Part shown: positions 12,671 to 24,662 of the stretch, piece by piece
How positions within the stretch are numbered: position 1 is the first letter of the stretch
Layout of the letters: each line of letters begins with the position of its first letter
Source of the DNA: Felis catus
Lineage: Eukaryota
Length of the DNA stretch: 64,000 nt
Assembly: GCF_018350175.1 (NCBI RefSeq)
Contig: NC_058368.1
Location: 34,102,001 to 34,166,000, forward strand
Direction: 5' to 3'
The notes under the pieces: model-generated
What the model saw: the letters and a program-made list of their open reading frames with translations, nothing else
Told to the model about the DNA's origin: nothing
Database searches by the model: none
Position numbers and translations under genes: made by a program

Positions 12671-13971
12671 ACAGAAGGGTCTATTTTACATTGGTTGTAA
12701 AGTGTGAAGGTAGGCCCATTCTATGCCTTCTTTGCCGCTCTCCTATCTCATTTTACCACATTGGTGAGCCCATTCGGTTTTCCACCATAAGACATGGGTT
12801 GAATATTCACCTTACTAATGTCTTACCATTGCAGTTACTTGTCTGAGCGGATTGGCCAAAAAATGCTGGAAGATATGTGGCACTATTTTTATTCATCTAT
12901 TGTCTTCTGCTTTTAAGGAAGTAGCACCTTTCATGATAGCACTAGTGAACAGCTGTTGCTTAATTTCTGTAACTGATCATTACTGGGAATTGCCAAAAGA
13001 ATTGTTGTCACTCAGGTTATTTGTCCAAATGTCATTACATCTTGCTTACAATTTATATGCATTGAGGAATTAAAAAAAACAAATTATGAGATATAGACAT
13101 CAACTCACAGCTATGGAGTTTGGAATCTATTTGAAAGATGTTGAGATTAATACCATTTCATATCTTAATGTTAGCACATTTTAACGAGAAGTTTGAAAAA
13201 CTGTTTGTAAAGTGCTGACCTAGAAAGAAGCCTCTAAAAAATCATTTACTATGGATTTCTAACAGAACTAAACACTCCTCTCTTCTGTATTTGCTATCAA
13301 TTTCTTGTCAGATACAATTCAAAACTCTGATCCTGATCCTTTACGACTTAAACAAGGCAGAGAAGTTCTGCCCTTTACTGAATTCTGCTTTTAAACGAGG
13401 CATGTTTTCAAGACACACATACAGTGGTAGACATTTTTTAAAGTGACAAAAGTGAATGAATAATTATTCGATTATTAATTAGAACCAAATTTTTTGACTG
13501 CAGAAGCTTGCGCAATTACGACTTCCCATAATGGCTAATATGTAGGTGTTCTGCTTTACCGTAAAAAAAAAAATCGTATAAGCCTTCCTCGTGTCCTAAC
13601 TAATTAGATAAATAAGGTACTTTCAGCATAGTGTTGTATGCTATACAAGGTACTTTCAGCATACATCATTCCATTCAATAAATTACAATTCTAAAATTGC
13701 CACAAAACCTTCAGTATTATTTCAAATCATTTTGATCTAAGTGAAGATTGTGCTCTCTGAAAATAGATTGAATCCAGAAGACACCCTATATAGACGACAT
13801 ATTTCTGTATCTGAAAGAGATTCTGTGAATAGCGGTAGCCATAGATTTCATTAATTGGAGACAAATCACATGTCCTGGATTCTGTAAGAGTGATAGCTCA
13901 TAAAATAGAACTGTGACAAGTCAAAATAATCAAACTGTGTTGATAAAGTCGAGGGATTCCTTACTCTGACC

Positions 13972-14384
13972 AGCACCAGCTCTGTAATTGGTAAACACTA
14001 AATGCAAAATGAACATTTAAAGCCCGTTCTTTAAAAAATATTCAGAAGTTGAAGTCTGTGGGGCACCTGGGTGGCTCAATCGGTTAAGTGTGCAACTTTG
14101 GCTCAGGTCATGATCTCGTGGTCTGGGGGTTGCACAGAGCCTGGAGCCTGCTTCAGATTCTGTCTCTCTCTCTCTCTCTCTCTGTCTCTCCCTCTCTCTC
14201 TCTCTCTGAACTTCCCCAACTCATGCTCTGTCTCTCTCCATCTCTCAAAAATGAATACACATTAAAAAATTTTAAAAAAAGTTTGAAGTTTGCAGCAGCA
14301 AAGCATTAAACCACACATGGAAAAATTTCTGACTGTTGTTCCTTGTGTGACTGCACAGACTTCATGCCTAAGAAGATGGCTCTG
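13972..14384 (-). mobile_element. MER45A-like hAT MITE, interrupted by a SINE
   Basis: Left part CAGCACCAGCT...TGCAAAATGAA; right part GCATTAAACCA...TGTGTGACTGCACAG...GCTCTG; both resemble antisense MER45A as recalled. Confidence 0.6.
14060..14280 (+). mobile_element. CAN-SINE
   Basis: GGGGCACCTGGGTGGCTCAATCGGTTAAG head, long (CT)n, A-rich tail. Confidence 0.92.
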
Positions 14385-15157
14385 ATTATAACAGTATATG
14401 TGCAATAGACTAATAGTAATAAAATATTTGTGTGAAAACTACTATGTGCCAGACAATGTTGAGTTTTTGTGTCCTGCATCACTTTTCACCCCCAGAAAAC
14501 AAAGACTGTGAGGAGTAGTATTTATTGTCTCATTCTAGGGATGAAGTAACTGAGGCTAAGATTTTGCAAATTCATCCCATGTCTTTAGGAATGTAAAATG
14601 TTTCTATTCTTCACTTTTTTCCCCGCAATGGATTTATATTTAATTAATGATTATAACTTATAAGGAGGGGGGTTCTCAAAGGGGGTTACTCTAATAATGA
14701 AATTTGGAAGATCGACTGAGTTCAGCTGAGGAAGAAGACGACTCTTGTCAACTTCCCTTCTCCTGGTCCCAGTCTTGACTTTGTGGCACTCCTATAAGCT
14801 TCTTTTTCATAATTTTGGGTATTTCCACAGGCTGGAAGATTTTTCTTTCACTTTCAAACTTGTTGCAGCTTCTTTGATTTGATTACCATACAGTTAGAGA
14901 TAAAATATGTAAGTAATTTTAGTTCCTGCTTTATCTATGAATGCAAAGCTTGGATGAGGATTTGGTTTTCACTCCTTCCATATCTCCTAGTAACGCTTCT
15001 TCTGGATTTTAGCACAAAATGAAAGTGGTCTGAACCACAAAGATGCTACAATGGGGAGGAAACCTTGCCTTTTGCAAATGTCTAAGTGGTATCACTACAG
15101 CTAGGATAGACAAGCCTCAAGGTCTACATTTATGCTCTACATATCCATAACCCATTT

Positions 15158-15375
15158 GTTTTTTTTTTTTTGTTTCAAGTTTTTATTTAAATTCTAGTTG
15201 ACATATAGTGTAATATTGGTTTCAGGAGTGGAATTTTAGTGATCATCACTTACATATAATAAATACCCAGTGCTCATCCCAAGTGCCTTCCTTAATATCC
15301 ACCACATATTTAGCCCACTCCCCACTCCTCTCCAGCAACCCTCAGCTTGCCCTCTATCATTAAGAGTCTCTTATG
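15158..15375 (-). mobile_element. Carnivore L1 3' end
   Basis: Poly-T then TTTATTTAAATTCTAGTTGACATATAGTG...CCCAGTGCTCATCCC...TAAGAGTCTCTTATG. Confidence 0.85.
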
Positions 15376-16085
15376 CACAATCCATTTTTGACCAATATGC
15401 TGTAGAAAAATCATCTTTGTTCATCATATAATATGCTGGCAATTGCATGGTCAAGACCTTAAAATTAATTACATTTTTCATTTTTTAAATAATATTTTAA
15501 TGAACATGTTTTTGCATATATATTTAATTTTCCTTGAAGATATTTCATTGGGGCGAAATCTCAAAGGAGTCATTACTGACTCAGAGGCTATGTACTTTAC
15601 TGAAATCAACTTTAAACCATTTTCGTGATTATAAAGAAGATTACAAGGTTATTTTAGACAGTGAGAAACTACGTAAAATACAAAGATAAAATCACCTCAA
15701 ATTAGAATAAACAGAATTAGTCACTGTTAGAATTTTAGCATAGATTTCCTCATCTCAGTCATATTTCTCTTTCTGTACGCATGCAAACACGCATGAATGT
15801 ATGTGTTGTAAGCATGTATATTTGAAATAGCTGTCATATTTACACTTTATATATATATATGTGTTTATGTGTTTTTCGCTTAACATTTTAGCGTTAGCTT
15901 TTTACTGGGGCATTAAAAATATCCCCAGTTATAGTTTTTACTGTCTTTACACTAGCTGAAAGAGTTAGGCTATATTTCCACAATTTAGCCTTTTGCCCAT
16001 CGTTGAGATTTAATTTCGAATGGGAGCTCATATATAAATATAGCTGTGAGGAATACAATTTGTGAATATTTTCCTAAGTCAAAAA

Positions 16086-16305
16086 TTTTTTAAGAGTTTA
16101 TTTTGTTATTTTTTAAAGTTTATTTATTTTGAGAGAGAGAAAGAGAGCAGGAGGTGGGGCAGAGACAGAGGGAGAGAGAGAATCCCAAGGTTCTACTGTC
16201 AGTGCAGAACCCGACTCCAGGCTCGAACTCATAAACCGTGAGATCATGACCTGAGGCTGAAATCAAGAGTACGATGCTTTACCTACTGAGCCACCCAAGT
16301 GCCCC
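16086..16305 (-). mobile_element. CAN-SINE
   Basis: TTTATTTATTTTGAGAGAGA tail; head ...CTGAGCCACCCAAGTGCCCC. Confidence 0.9.
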
Positions 16306-17699
16306 TTACGCCAAATTAAAAAATAAATAAATAAATAACAATGAAAATATACTCTTTTTTTAGACTGCTGGCTTACTCTCTATGAAAGCCATACTCATTT
16401 ACACACCATCGTGAGTGCTTCAGGGTGCCTATTTCACTGCCAGTTTTGAGAATTAAATGACTTTTAAGCCATTACTGATTTGATTCAGTAAAAATTATTT
16501 TTCATTGTTTTTACTTGCTTATCTTGAAAAGGTGTTCAAATGTACATCAGCCATTGTCAAGTATCTACTTTGTTACCTTGTTTGTGATGTACAGTTATTT
16601 ATTACAAATTAAAAGTATTAATACTTTGCAAATATGCTACAGATATTTTCCCATAGTTTTCCTCTTTATAGTAGCCAATTATTTATATACTCATGTGTCC
16701 ATTTATTGTAAAATCTTCAACTAAAAGAAACTGGAAAGAGGTTCAGGGAAAATGGAAAATGTTTATAGGTGAGATGGTTCTAAGCGTTGGTATCATCTAG
16801 TAGGTAAGTTGCTTTAGGAAGGACAATTGACTGGAAGGGTATTACTAACAGTCAATGGTAGTGCGGGTTTACACTACAGGGACGTTCACACTAAGTTGAA
16901 GAGTCTCCCTCCCTGCTTCTCCCCTTTCTGTTACCTTTTTTTTTTCTTTTTTGAGTAGTAATATGCGATTTGTTACCATGACTTAAATTATTTTCTACCC
17001 ATTTGTTGATGGTGGTAGTTTTAAATAGGAATTATGACTTTCTAAAAATTTATCCAATGCATTTTTGGAATGTCTGTTGACCATAAGGTTTCTCCATCTT
17101 TGACCCACTAGCCTGATGAATTATAGTGATGTAATTTTATGAAATAAAATTGAACACTTGAAGTCAATTCTTTTTGGTTGTGGTTTGTCTCTGTTGGCTG
17201 GATTTGCATGTAGTTTACTTAGAATATTTGTAGGATGAGTGAGATTAGTCTGTTTTCTTTTCCTTGTTTTTGCACATAGTAGCTTTACAAAATTTATTGG
17301 AAACTTTATAGGTTCCGCTTTCTCTGAATTAATTTACATAAAGTGAGAATTATCATATTTATGAAAATTTAACAGAGCCCTCATATAAAACTTTATGGAA
17401 CCAGAATATTTGGATTTCTTTTTATTTTATAGCTTTTTGATGTCTTTCATGAGTAATAATCTGTTTCTGGTTTTATGGTATTTCTATTATAAATTTCTAA
17501 ATTCATTTTTAATATAAAGTAATATATTTTATTATGATTTTAAAATTTGTTAGCATAAATTTGCCAAAGTAATGTTTTACAGTTTTTAATATATTTTTCT
17601 TACTCTTCATGTTTGTGTACTTTCTCTGTTTTCCTTCTGTAACTATAATTTTGATCATTTTCATAAAAAAGTTACTCTGTGCTACGTTGTAGGTATATT

Positions 17700-17919
17700 T
17701 TTTTTTTTTTTAATTTTTTTTTTTCAACGTTTATTTATTTTTGGGACAGAGAGAGACAGAGCATGAACGGGGGAGGGGCAGAGAGAGAGGGAGACTCAGA
17801 ATTGGAAACAGGCTCCAGGCTCTGAGCCAGAGCCCGATGCGGGGCTCGAACTCACAGACCGCGAGATCGTGACCTGGCTGAAGTCGGACGCTTAACCGAC
17901 TGCGCCACCCAGGCGCCCC
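17700..17919 (-). mobile_element. Young felid SINE (SINEC_Fc)
   Basis: CpG-rich; TTTTCAACGTTTATTTATTTTTGGGACAGAG...CGACTGCGCCACCCAGGCGCCCC; TSD GGTATATTTT at 17692-17701 and 17920-17929. Confidence 0.95.
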
Positions 17920-19351
17920 GGTATATTTTAATTATATAGTTTATTATCTCTATGTTTATCTTTATGGTTCTTTTACCTCCTATTGTTAAAAGTTTTTTGT
18001 TATTTTTTCTTATGTTAGGTTTAAATGACAAATTTATTTACACTTTGATTTTATTTGAAAATTAAAATGTCCTTTAAGTAAATATTTTCTAATGAATACA
18101 ACTTTGGCCATAACTTATACATTTTGAAATGTAAAATATTAAATATAACTATTTTCAGAATATTTGTAATTCTTATTTCTTTGATCAACTTTATTTTAAA
18201 ATTAGAATTTTATTTTATCATAGTTAAAAAAGAGGAAAATACTGTACCATATGCAGTCATCAATAATTTGACTTTTTTAGTATTTATTTATCCTTCCTGC
18301 TTTTATTAGTGAGAGTAATGGTAGCTACCATAATAAATAAATGCTCAAATGTCATGGTATATCTCAAAATTTTTCTCTCCTTTGCATAATTTATAGTCCA
18401 TTGTGGACTTAATGGTTAATGGTTACCTTTTTTCTGCTTTGTGATTGAGGGACATAACTTATGGCTTATTCCTTTCCTTCCCTTCCTTTTTTCTTTTAAT
18501 GGCTAAGACCTCAGAATTATTCTCTTCCATATTTTACTTCTAATATGACATTAATACGTGTCTTATATATCTTCCATTCTTGTGTCATTCTCTTTTTTTA
18601 AATTTCAATCTGTTATTAGTTCCCTAAATTAGTAATCTTTTTCTTCATAAAGTATCTTTTTCTGAAATTATATTGTAAAGAAATCCTACCACCAGAATCT
18701 TATGGCAACATTCTTTTTTTTTTCTTTTTTGTTTTTATTATGAAAGCATTGGCCTCACTTAAGACTTACTATAGCCTCTACTAAGTTAAACTTCCAGAGT
18801 AAATAAGATACACCTTTCTATTTCAGAACCAATGTTCTAGAAGAATCCCATCCCTTTACGCCACCTGTCTTTCCAACCTTTACGGAAAAAGGTTAACATG
18901 GATCAGTTGAAGACTAAAAAGACCATTGAACTGCTTGATTGCTTTGGGTTGGACCTTACTGTCTAAAGCACAAGGGCTAATGCTTCTTACATCCTCATGA
19001 TCTAGACTATAAGTTCTCTCTTCCTGCACAATCACTTTGTTTCTCCCTTTGAGTGCTCATCACTCTTCGAAATAAACTGTAGTTTCTCTCTTGGATACAC
19101 TTTCTCTTACAATCTTACTTCGTTAGTGTTTCAAAAGATTATTAAAGCTGCCTATGATTTTGGAGGGAATCTCACTCCCTGGCTAAGCAGTAACTGGAAT
19201 GGGATCCAGGATAAAGAAGTTAATGGGTCCTCTTACCTGGACAGGCAGCAATATCATAAGTCACATTTGGACCATAACTGTTAACAAAGCCAGGTTTATT
19301 CAAAGGGATTTAAAATTTATACTAATATACAATGTTTACCTAACCTTGTCC

Positions 19352-19828
19352 ATCTATTTAGTGATGGTTTTCCAGAGTATCAGAACCATCAGCATCTATT
19401 TATCTTTCTTTCTTTTTCTTTCTTTCTCTTTCTTTCTTTCTTCCTTCTTTTTTTTTCTTTTTCTTTCATCTATCTATCATCTTTCTATCATCCAGAGATT
19501 CATTCTAAGGAATTAGCTCATGTGATAGTAGAAGTTTGGCAATTCCAAAATCAGATGGGGTAGGTTGACAGGCTAGAGACTCACAAAAGAGCAGCAGTTC
19601 AAGTCCAAAGACAGTCTGCTGGCAGAATTCCTTCTTGCTCAGGGGAGGTCAGTCTTTGTTCCATATAAGTCCACCCACACGGTGGAGGGTAATCTCTTCA
19701 CTCGAGTCCACTGATTTAAATGCTAATTTAAAAAAAAAAAAACTTTTACAGAAACATGCCGAATAATGCTTGACAAAATATCTGGGCACCCAGGCCAAGT
19801 CAAGTTGACCCGTAAAATTGCCAATCAC
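19352..19828 (-). mobile_element. ERVL LTR (MLT2-type) with internal (TCTT)n
   Basis: AAGGAATTAGCTCATGTGAT...GCAGTTCAAGTCCAAAGACAGTCTGCTGGCAGAATTCCTTCTTGCTC...CAAGTCAAGTTGAC. Confidence 0.85.
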
Positions 19829-20359
19829 GTTATCTGCATATGGGTCCCACAGATATAGGGACTCTGGGAGGAGAATATTGTGGTGCTGTTCTTCATGGTT
19901 ATATTCATCACACTCAAAGCACAAATCAGATAGTGTTTAACAGTGCCTAAAGTATTCTATTTCCTGCCATACATACCCCCCCCACCCCAAAGTATGTCTT
20001 TTTCTACAATTGGGACAGTCTATTCTTCTACATCTTTTGGTTATAGTCTTCCTAGGCCTCTTACAAGGCTGATCTCCCCTCATCCTTACTTATTTTACAT
20101 TACTTGTTTCCAAAATAACATTAGTGAAATCCTTTTTGGCTCTCATGCTACCCGAATGTGCTATACAGCCACCTCTCAGTATTTAACATTGGAGACCTGT
20201 TGGACATTTCAGTGGTCAGGTTAGCGATCTAGAAGGCTGAGCAATGGGAACTAGGGTCCTAATCTAACAAGATACACTTATGTTAGCATCATTTTTTTTT
20301 TTTTAAGTAAAACTGAAAGTGCTGATGCGAGATACATGCACACATGCACACACAGATAG

Positions 20360-20362
<3 letters not shown>

Positions 20363-20400
<38 letters not shown>

Positions 20401-20404
20401 CACA
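20363..20404. repeat. (CA)n microsatellite
   Basis: Direct reading. Confidence 0.95.
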
Positions 20405-22074
20405 TATATATTAAATGGAATTTTCTATTTAGTCTAGGCTCTTTTTTTTTAGGCTTTTCTACTGAGGCAAACTGTTTTTCTGGTGCCACGTCTTGCTGTA
20501 TGGCCGTGATGGTAATCATAGGGAAAAGCCCCATCGCCTGTGACTTACTCTTCATTGTGGTTGATGCAGATTTTGGAATTCCGACAGAAACTGGTTCCAA
20601 ATGTTGTTTGTTTTACTAGGAAATGGATCCCAAGTGGAGATCCTATTTGACTCATGTCTGTCCCAATTTGTAGCCAGTTACCTCACAAATTGGGAGAGGG
20701 ACTGCTAGGATGCTGCGGTACTTTTGCCTCAAAAATTCCTTATAGGTTTCCACTTAAAAACTATAATACATTTGTTAAAGATATAAGCGATTTTAAGTTC
20801 TTGTTTAAAAAAAAAATAACTGATCTTATTTTTAGGCACTTGTTTCAGCACAGAACAGTCCTTCTGTGGTATTTTTTTTTCTTATTCCCCTGAGATTTAT
20901 GTCTATTTCTGACTCTGTTCCCCAAGCCCTCTGAGAGAATAGGAAGACAATGAACTCATTTGATTTTTGTTTTAGCAATGCCTGTCTTTTCAGTCCGTAA
21001 ATTGCTCTGACCATCTGTAAGAAACTCCACTCTCTCTGTCACTGACCTTTTGTTCCTTCCATGCTTGAAAAATGTCTTATTATTTGTCTTAACGTCTTCT
21101 GCAATCTCCTTTTCATTTGCCACCTTGCCTTTTCTTATCGTATTTTTCTTTTACACTTCAAGCTTCCAAATCATTTATATATTCATAGATTTTGCATGAG
21201 CTTTTCTTACCCTGATACTTCTTGGATTTGGTGCGGGGAGTGCAAGAAATGCCCCAGTGTCTTTATGTCCTGCTGCAGTGCATTTAAATGTATAAAGCTT
21301 AATTAATTTGAGCTCTTCCTTACTTCTACTTTAACTTTCAAAGTGAGGTAGTAAAAACAGTATTCACTTAGTCATTAAACAAATTTATGCTAAGTATCTA
21401 CTGTGATTTAATAGATGTCATTTGTCATAATTAAATTCAACTTTAGAAAAAGCGTATTTTTCTTGGCTTTTAATATCATGTGTTTGCATTTTCCCTACCT
21501 TTTTATTTTTATTTATTTATTTATTTATTTATTTTTGTTTTCAGTTTTAGTCTTCAGAAGTGTATATAGAACTCATGAATATTGCAAAATCTAATGGAGA
21601 CATTTTCACTATAGCCCTATGGGTAAAATGTTCTTCTTTATGTGGGTATCCACTCTCTAATACACATCTTTGTCAAAAATAATAAATGGGACAGTTTCTT
21701 AAAATATCTGAATATTTTTTCACAGTTTTCTGTTTATGTAAGGAATGTTACTTCGATGAGAGAGTTTCTAGTTTCTATAGCTAACAATTCTAATGCCATG
21801 ACCATGCCTGAATCCGTCTGTACAGTGTATGAGCTGCTACAGGTGAAGCAGGTCTGGAAGGCTCAGGTTCTCTGCTGCCTCCATAGTCACGTGGAAAAGC
21901 TTCAGTGACTCTGGGATTTGTTGGACTCAGAAGTTTATAATGTTTAAAAATGTTTGACATGATATTTCTACAAAATCAAGACCAAAGAAGCAAGCCACGA
22001 ATTTAAGGCCAAACAGTGATGTTCTTTAATGTGGCTTGAAAAAAAACAAACAAAAAACAAAAAAACAAACCTTT

Positions 22075-22320
22075 GATATTTACTGAATGCTTATCACATG
22101 CCAGGCACTGGTATAAGAAATTGACATGGATTAATATGTATAACTTTTTTTAAAAAAGTGTAAAAGAAGTATTTTTATTGGCTTCACTTTGTAGATGAGG
22201 AAACTCAGGAAAGGAGAGTTTAGGTAATGTGTCCAAGTTCATATAAAGAATAAATGGAAGTGACGGATTTGAACTCAGGCTGTCTTCCTCTATAGTTCAA
22301 GTTCTTAACCAGTCTACCAC
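22075..22320 (-). mobile_element. MIR
   Basis: ATTTACTGAATGCTTA...TGCCAGGCACTG...GATGAGGAAACTCAGG...GGATTTGAACTCAGG core. Confidence 0.75.
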
Positions 22321-23146
22321 AATTGTGTGATAGTATCCATCTATCATCTTCAGTTATCTACCAATCAATTACCTATCTTTAAATTAATAGAAATAAACAC
22401 ACATTATATAACCTTGAAGACTCTGTTAATATAAAAATGCATGATGATAATAAACAGTGTGGCCAAATAACCTGGCTACAGAATTTTACCAACATTTCAA
22501 GACTTTTTAAGGATTGCTCCAGAAACTAAAACAGGAAACATTAGTTTAGCAATCTAAAAAGATTTAGTATTATACCAATGCCCATTTTGAGACTTTATAT
22601 ATCACATCACTGATGTTGAAACCTTCTCAGACACAGAATAGCCACCATACAATGATATTTTTGATATTTTTGCTTTAAATCTTGCCATGTAAGAAAATTA
22701 TAAAAGGAACGAAAATAATCCTTAATATTTATCCACATTTCCATTTTTTAAATCTCTTCCTTAAGTATATCAGAGTTTCCATTTGGTATCATTTCCTTTA
22801 GACTGAGGTCTGGAGTATCTCTGATAAGGTAGGTTTCTGGCAATAAACTCTTTCTTTTGCTTACCTAAAAATATTTTCCTTTCTTTTCATGTATACTTAT
22901 ACAGCATATAGATTTCTGAGGAGACTTTTGCTTTTCAACATTTATATGCCATTATTTGTCTGACCTTTATTGGTTCTGACAAAAAGTTGGCCTTAATTTG
23001 TATTATTGTTCCTCTGTATATATTATGTTATTTTCTCTGGAAATAGTCAAGGTTTTCTCTTTATATTTTATTTTCAATATTTTAACTATGATGTTACTTA
23101 ATGTACTTTGTTTTATATTTAATCTGCTTTAGTTTCATTGAATTTT

Positions 23147-23205
23147 CTTTTTTTTTTTCATTTTAGAAAGAGAGGGAGAGCATAAGCTGGGGAGAGGGGC
23201 AAATG

Positions 23206-23245
<40 letters not shown>

Positions 23246-23354
23246 CAAGCAGGGTCCACACTCTGTGTGGGGATCAATCCCACAACCTTGGGATCGTGAC
23301 TTGAGCTGAAATCAAGAGTCAGATGCTCAACAAACTGAGCCACCCAGCCACCCC
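23147..23354 (-). mobile_element. CAN-SINE
   Basis: Poly-T, (GA)n, head ...CTGAGCCACCCAGCCACCCC. Confidence 0.88.
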
Positions 23355-23516
23355 ATGAGCTTTTTGGATCTATGTAAGTGGTTGCTTTTTTCAAAACTGT
23401 TAGAAAAATTCTAATCATTAACTCATCAAATATTTTTTTCTGCTACCTAATCTCTCTCCTCTTTTGATACTTTCCAAAACACACATATGTTAGACTCTTT
23501 GTCCTTGAGATCCTTC

Positions 23517-23621
23517 TTTTTTTTTTTTTTAAAGCAAATTCTGTGCCCAAAGTAGGGCTGGAACTTATGGCCCCAAGATCAATAGTCCCATGCTTTACCA
23601 ACTGAGCCAGGGAGGTACCCC
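23517..23621 (-). mobile_element. Short old tRNA-derived SINE
   Basis: Poly-T followed directly by a tRNA-like head (...CTTTACCAACTGAGCCAGGGAGGTACCCC); no CT tract. Confidence 0.7.
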
Positions 23622-23928
23622 TCTGTTCTCTTATTTTTAATTGTTTCCTCTTCATTCTTGAGACTGGATCATTTCTATGATTGTCTCTTTGAGATCACTA
23701 AACTTTTTTTCTATCATCCTCATCCTGCTGTTAAGTCCATGCAGTGATTTTACCATTTCATATTGTATACTTTTAAGATCTAAGATTTCTGTTTTATTCT
23801 TCTATAGTTTTTATTCTTTTTTTTAGATTCCTTGTATGCTAAATCATTAAGATCACATTTTCTTTTGAGTCATTAAACAAACTTATTATAGCTAATATCT
23901 GTTAATTTCAATGCCTGGGCTATCTCAG

Positions 23929-24018
23929 TTTTTTTTTTTTGTTTTGTTTTGTTTTTTGTTTTCTTGTCTCAAGTTTTTGTTTTGTTTTTTGTTTGTTTTG
24001 TTTTGTTGTTTTGTTTTT
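23929..24018. repeat. (TTTTG)n / T-rich simple repeat
   Basis: Direct reading. Confidence 0.9.
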
Positions 24019-24069
24019 AGTGGCTATTTTTTCCCCTTGATTTTTTTTTTTTATTTTTTATTTTTTTTT

Positions 24070-24232
24070 AGGGGAAAGCGCGAACGCAGTCCCCCACTAC
24101 CACAAATTATGCAGTCGAGTTTCCCACATTTGGGGAAATCGCAGGGGTCAGCACATCCGGAGTGCAATGGATAAGCCTCGCCCTGGGAAAACCACCTTCG
24201 TGATCATGGTATCTCCCCTGCCAGGTAAGTAT
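24070..24232 (-). pseudogene. RNU1: U1 snRNA processed retrocopy (full-length minus the last G), with poly(A) at 24041-24069 and TSD
   Basis: Minus strand reads ATACTTACCTGGCAGGGGAGATACCATGATCACGAAGG...ATAATTTGTGG (Sm site)...GCGCTTTCCCCT, matching recalled mammalian U1 over 163 nt. TSD TCCCCTTGATTTTT at 24032-24045 and 24233-24246. Flanks are old L1, with no recognisable snRNA promoter or 3' box. Confidence 0.97.
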
Positions 24233-24449
24233 TCCCCTTGATTTTTGATAACATATTCCTGATATTTGTAATTTTTATTGAATCCTTTGTGAAGTTTGTA
24301 TTTTATTGTTGTTTTCTTTCCAAACTTTGATATTGATTCATTAAATAAGGTATTATAATTCAATACTTTATGATTTATTTTTAACCATGATAAAAATCTA
24401 CTCTATTATGTTCATATTTGAAACTGCATCATTTGAACATTCGCCATCA

Positions 24450-24662
24450 TTTCTTTCTTTGAATGTTTATGTATTTATTTGAAGAGACAGAGAGAGCACA
24501 GGAGAGCAAGCAGGAAAATGGCAGAGAGAGAGGGATAGAGAGGATCCCAAGCGGCCTTTGTGCCGTCAGTACAGAGCCTGAGGCAAGGGGCTTTTTATAC
24601 CAGCAACCTGTGAGATCATGACCTGAACCGAAGTCAAGAGTCGGTTGCTTACCCAGTGCCCC
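24450..24662 (-). mobile_element. CAN-SINE
   Basis: AATGTTTATGTATTTATTTGAAGAGACAG tail; GAGATCATGACCTGAACCGAAGTCAAGAG core. Confidence 0.88.

Larger units (their letters stand above)
22730..24330 (-). mobile_element. Ancient L1 (5'/ORF1 region) hosting SINEs and the U1 retrocopy
   Basis: T-rich antisense L1 ORF1-like motifs (TTTCTGGCAATAAACTCT, TTATTGTTCCTCTGTA, TTTTCTCTTTAT...ACTATGATGT). Confidence 0.55.

Noticed and set aside
24070..24232. A true U1 snRNA gene
   Set aside because: Poly(A) tail, TSD, old-L1 flanks and no recognisable PSE/DSE or 3' box indicate a retrocopy.
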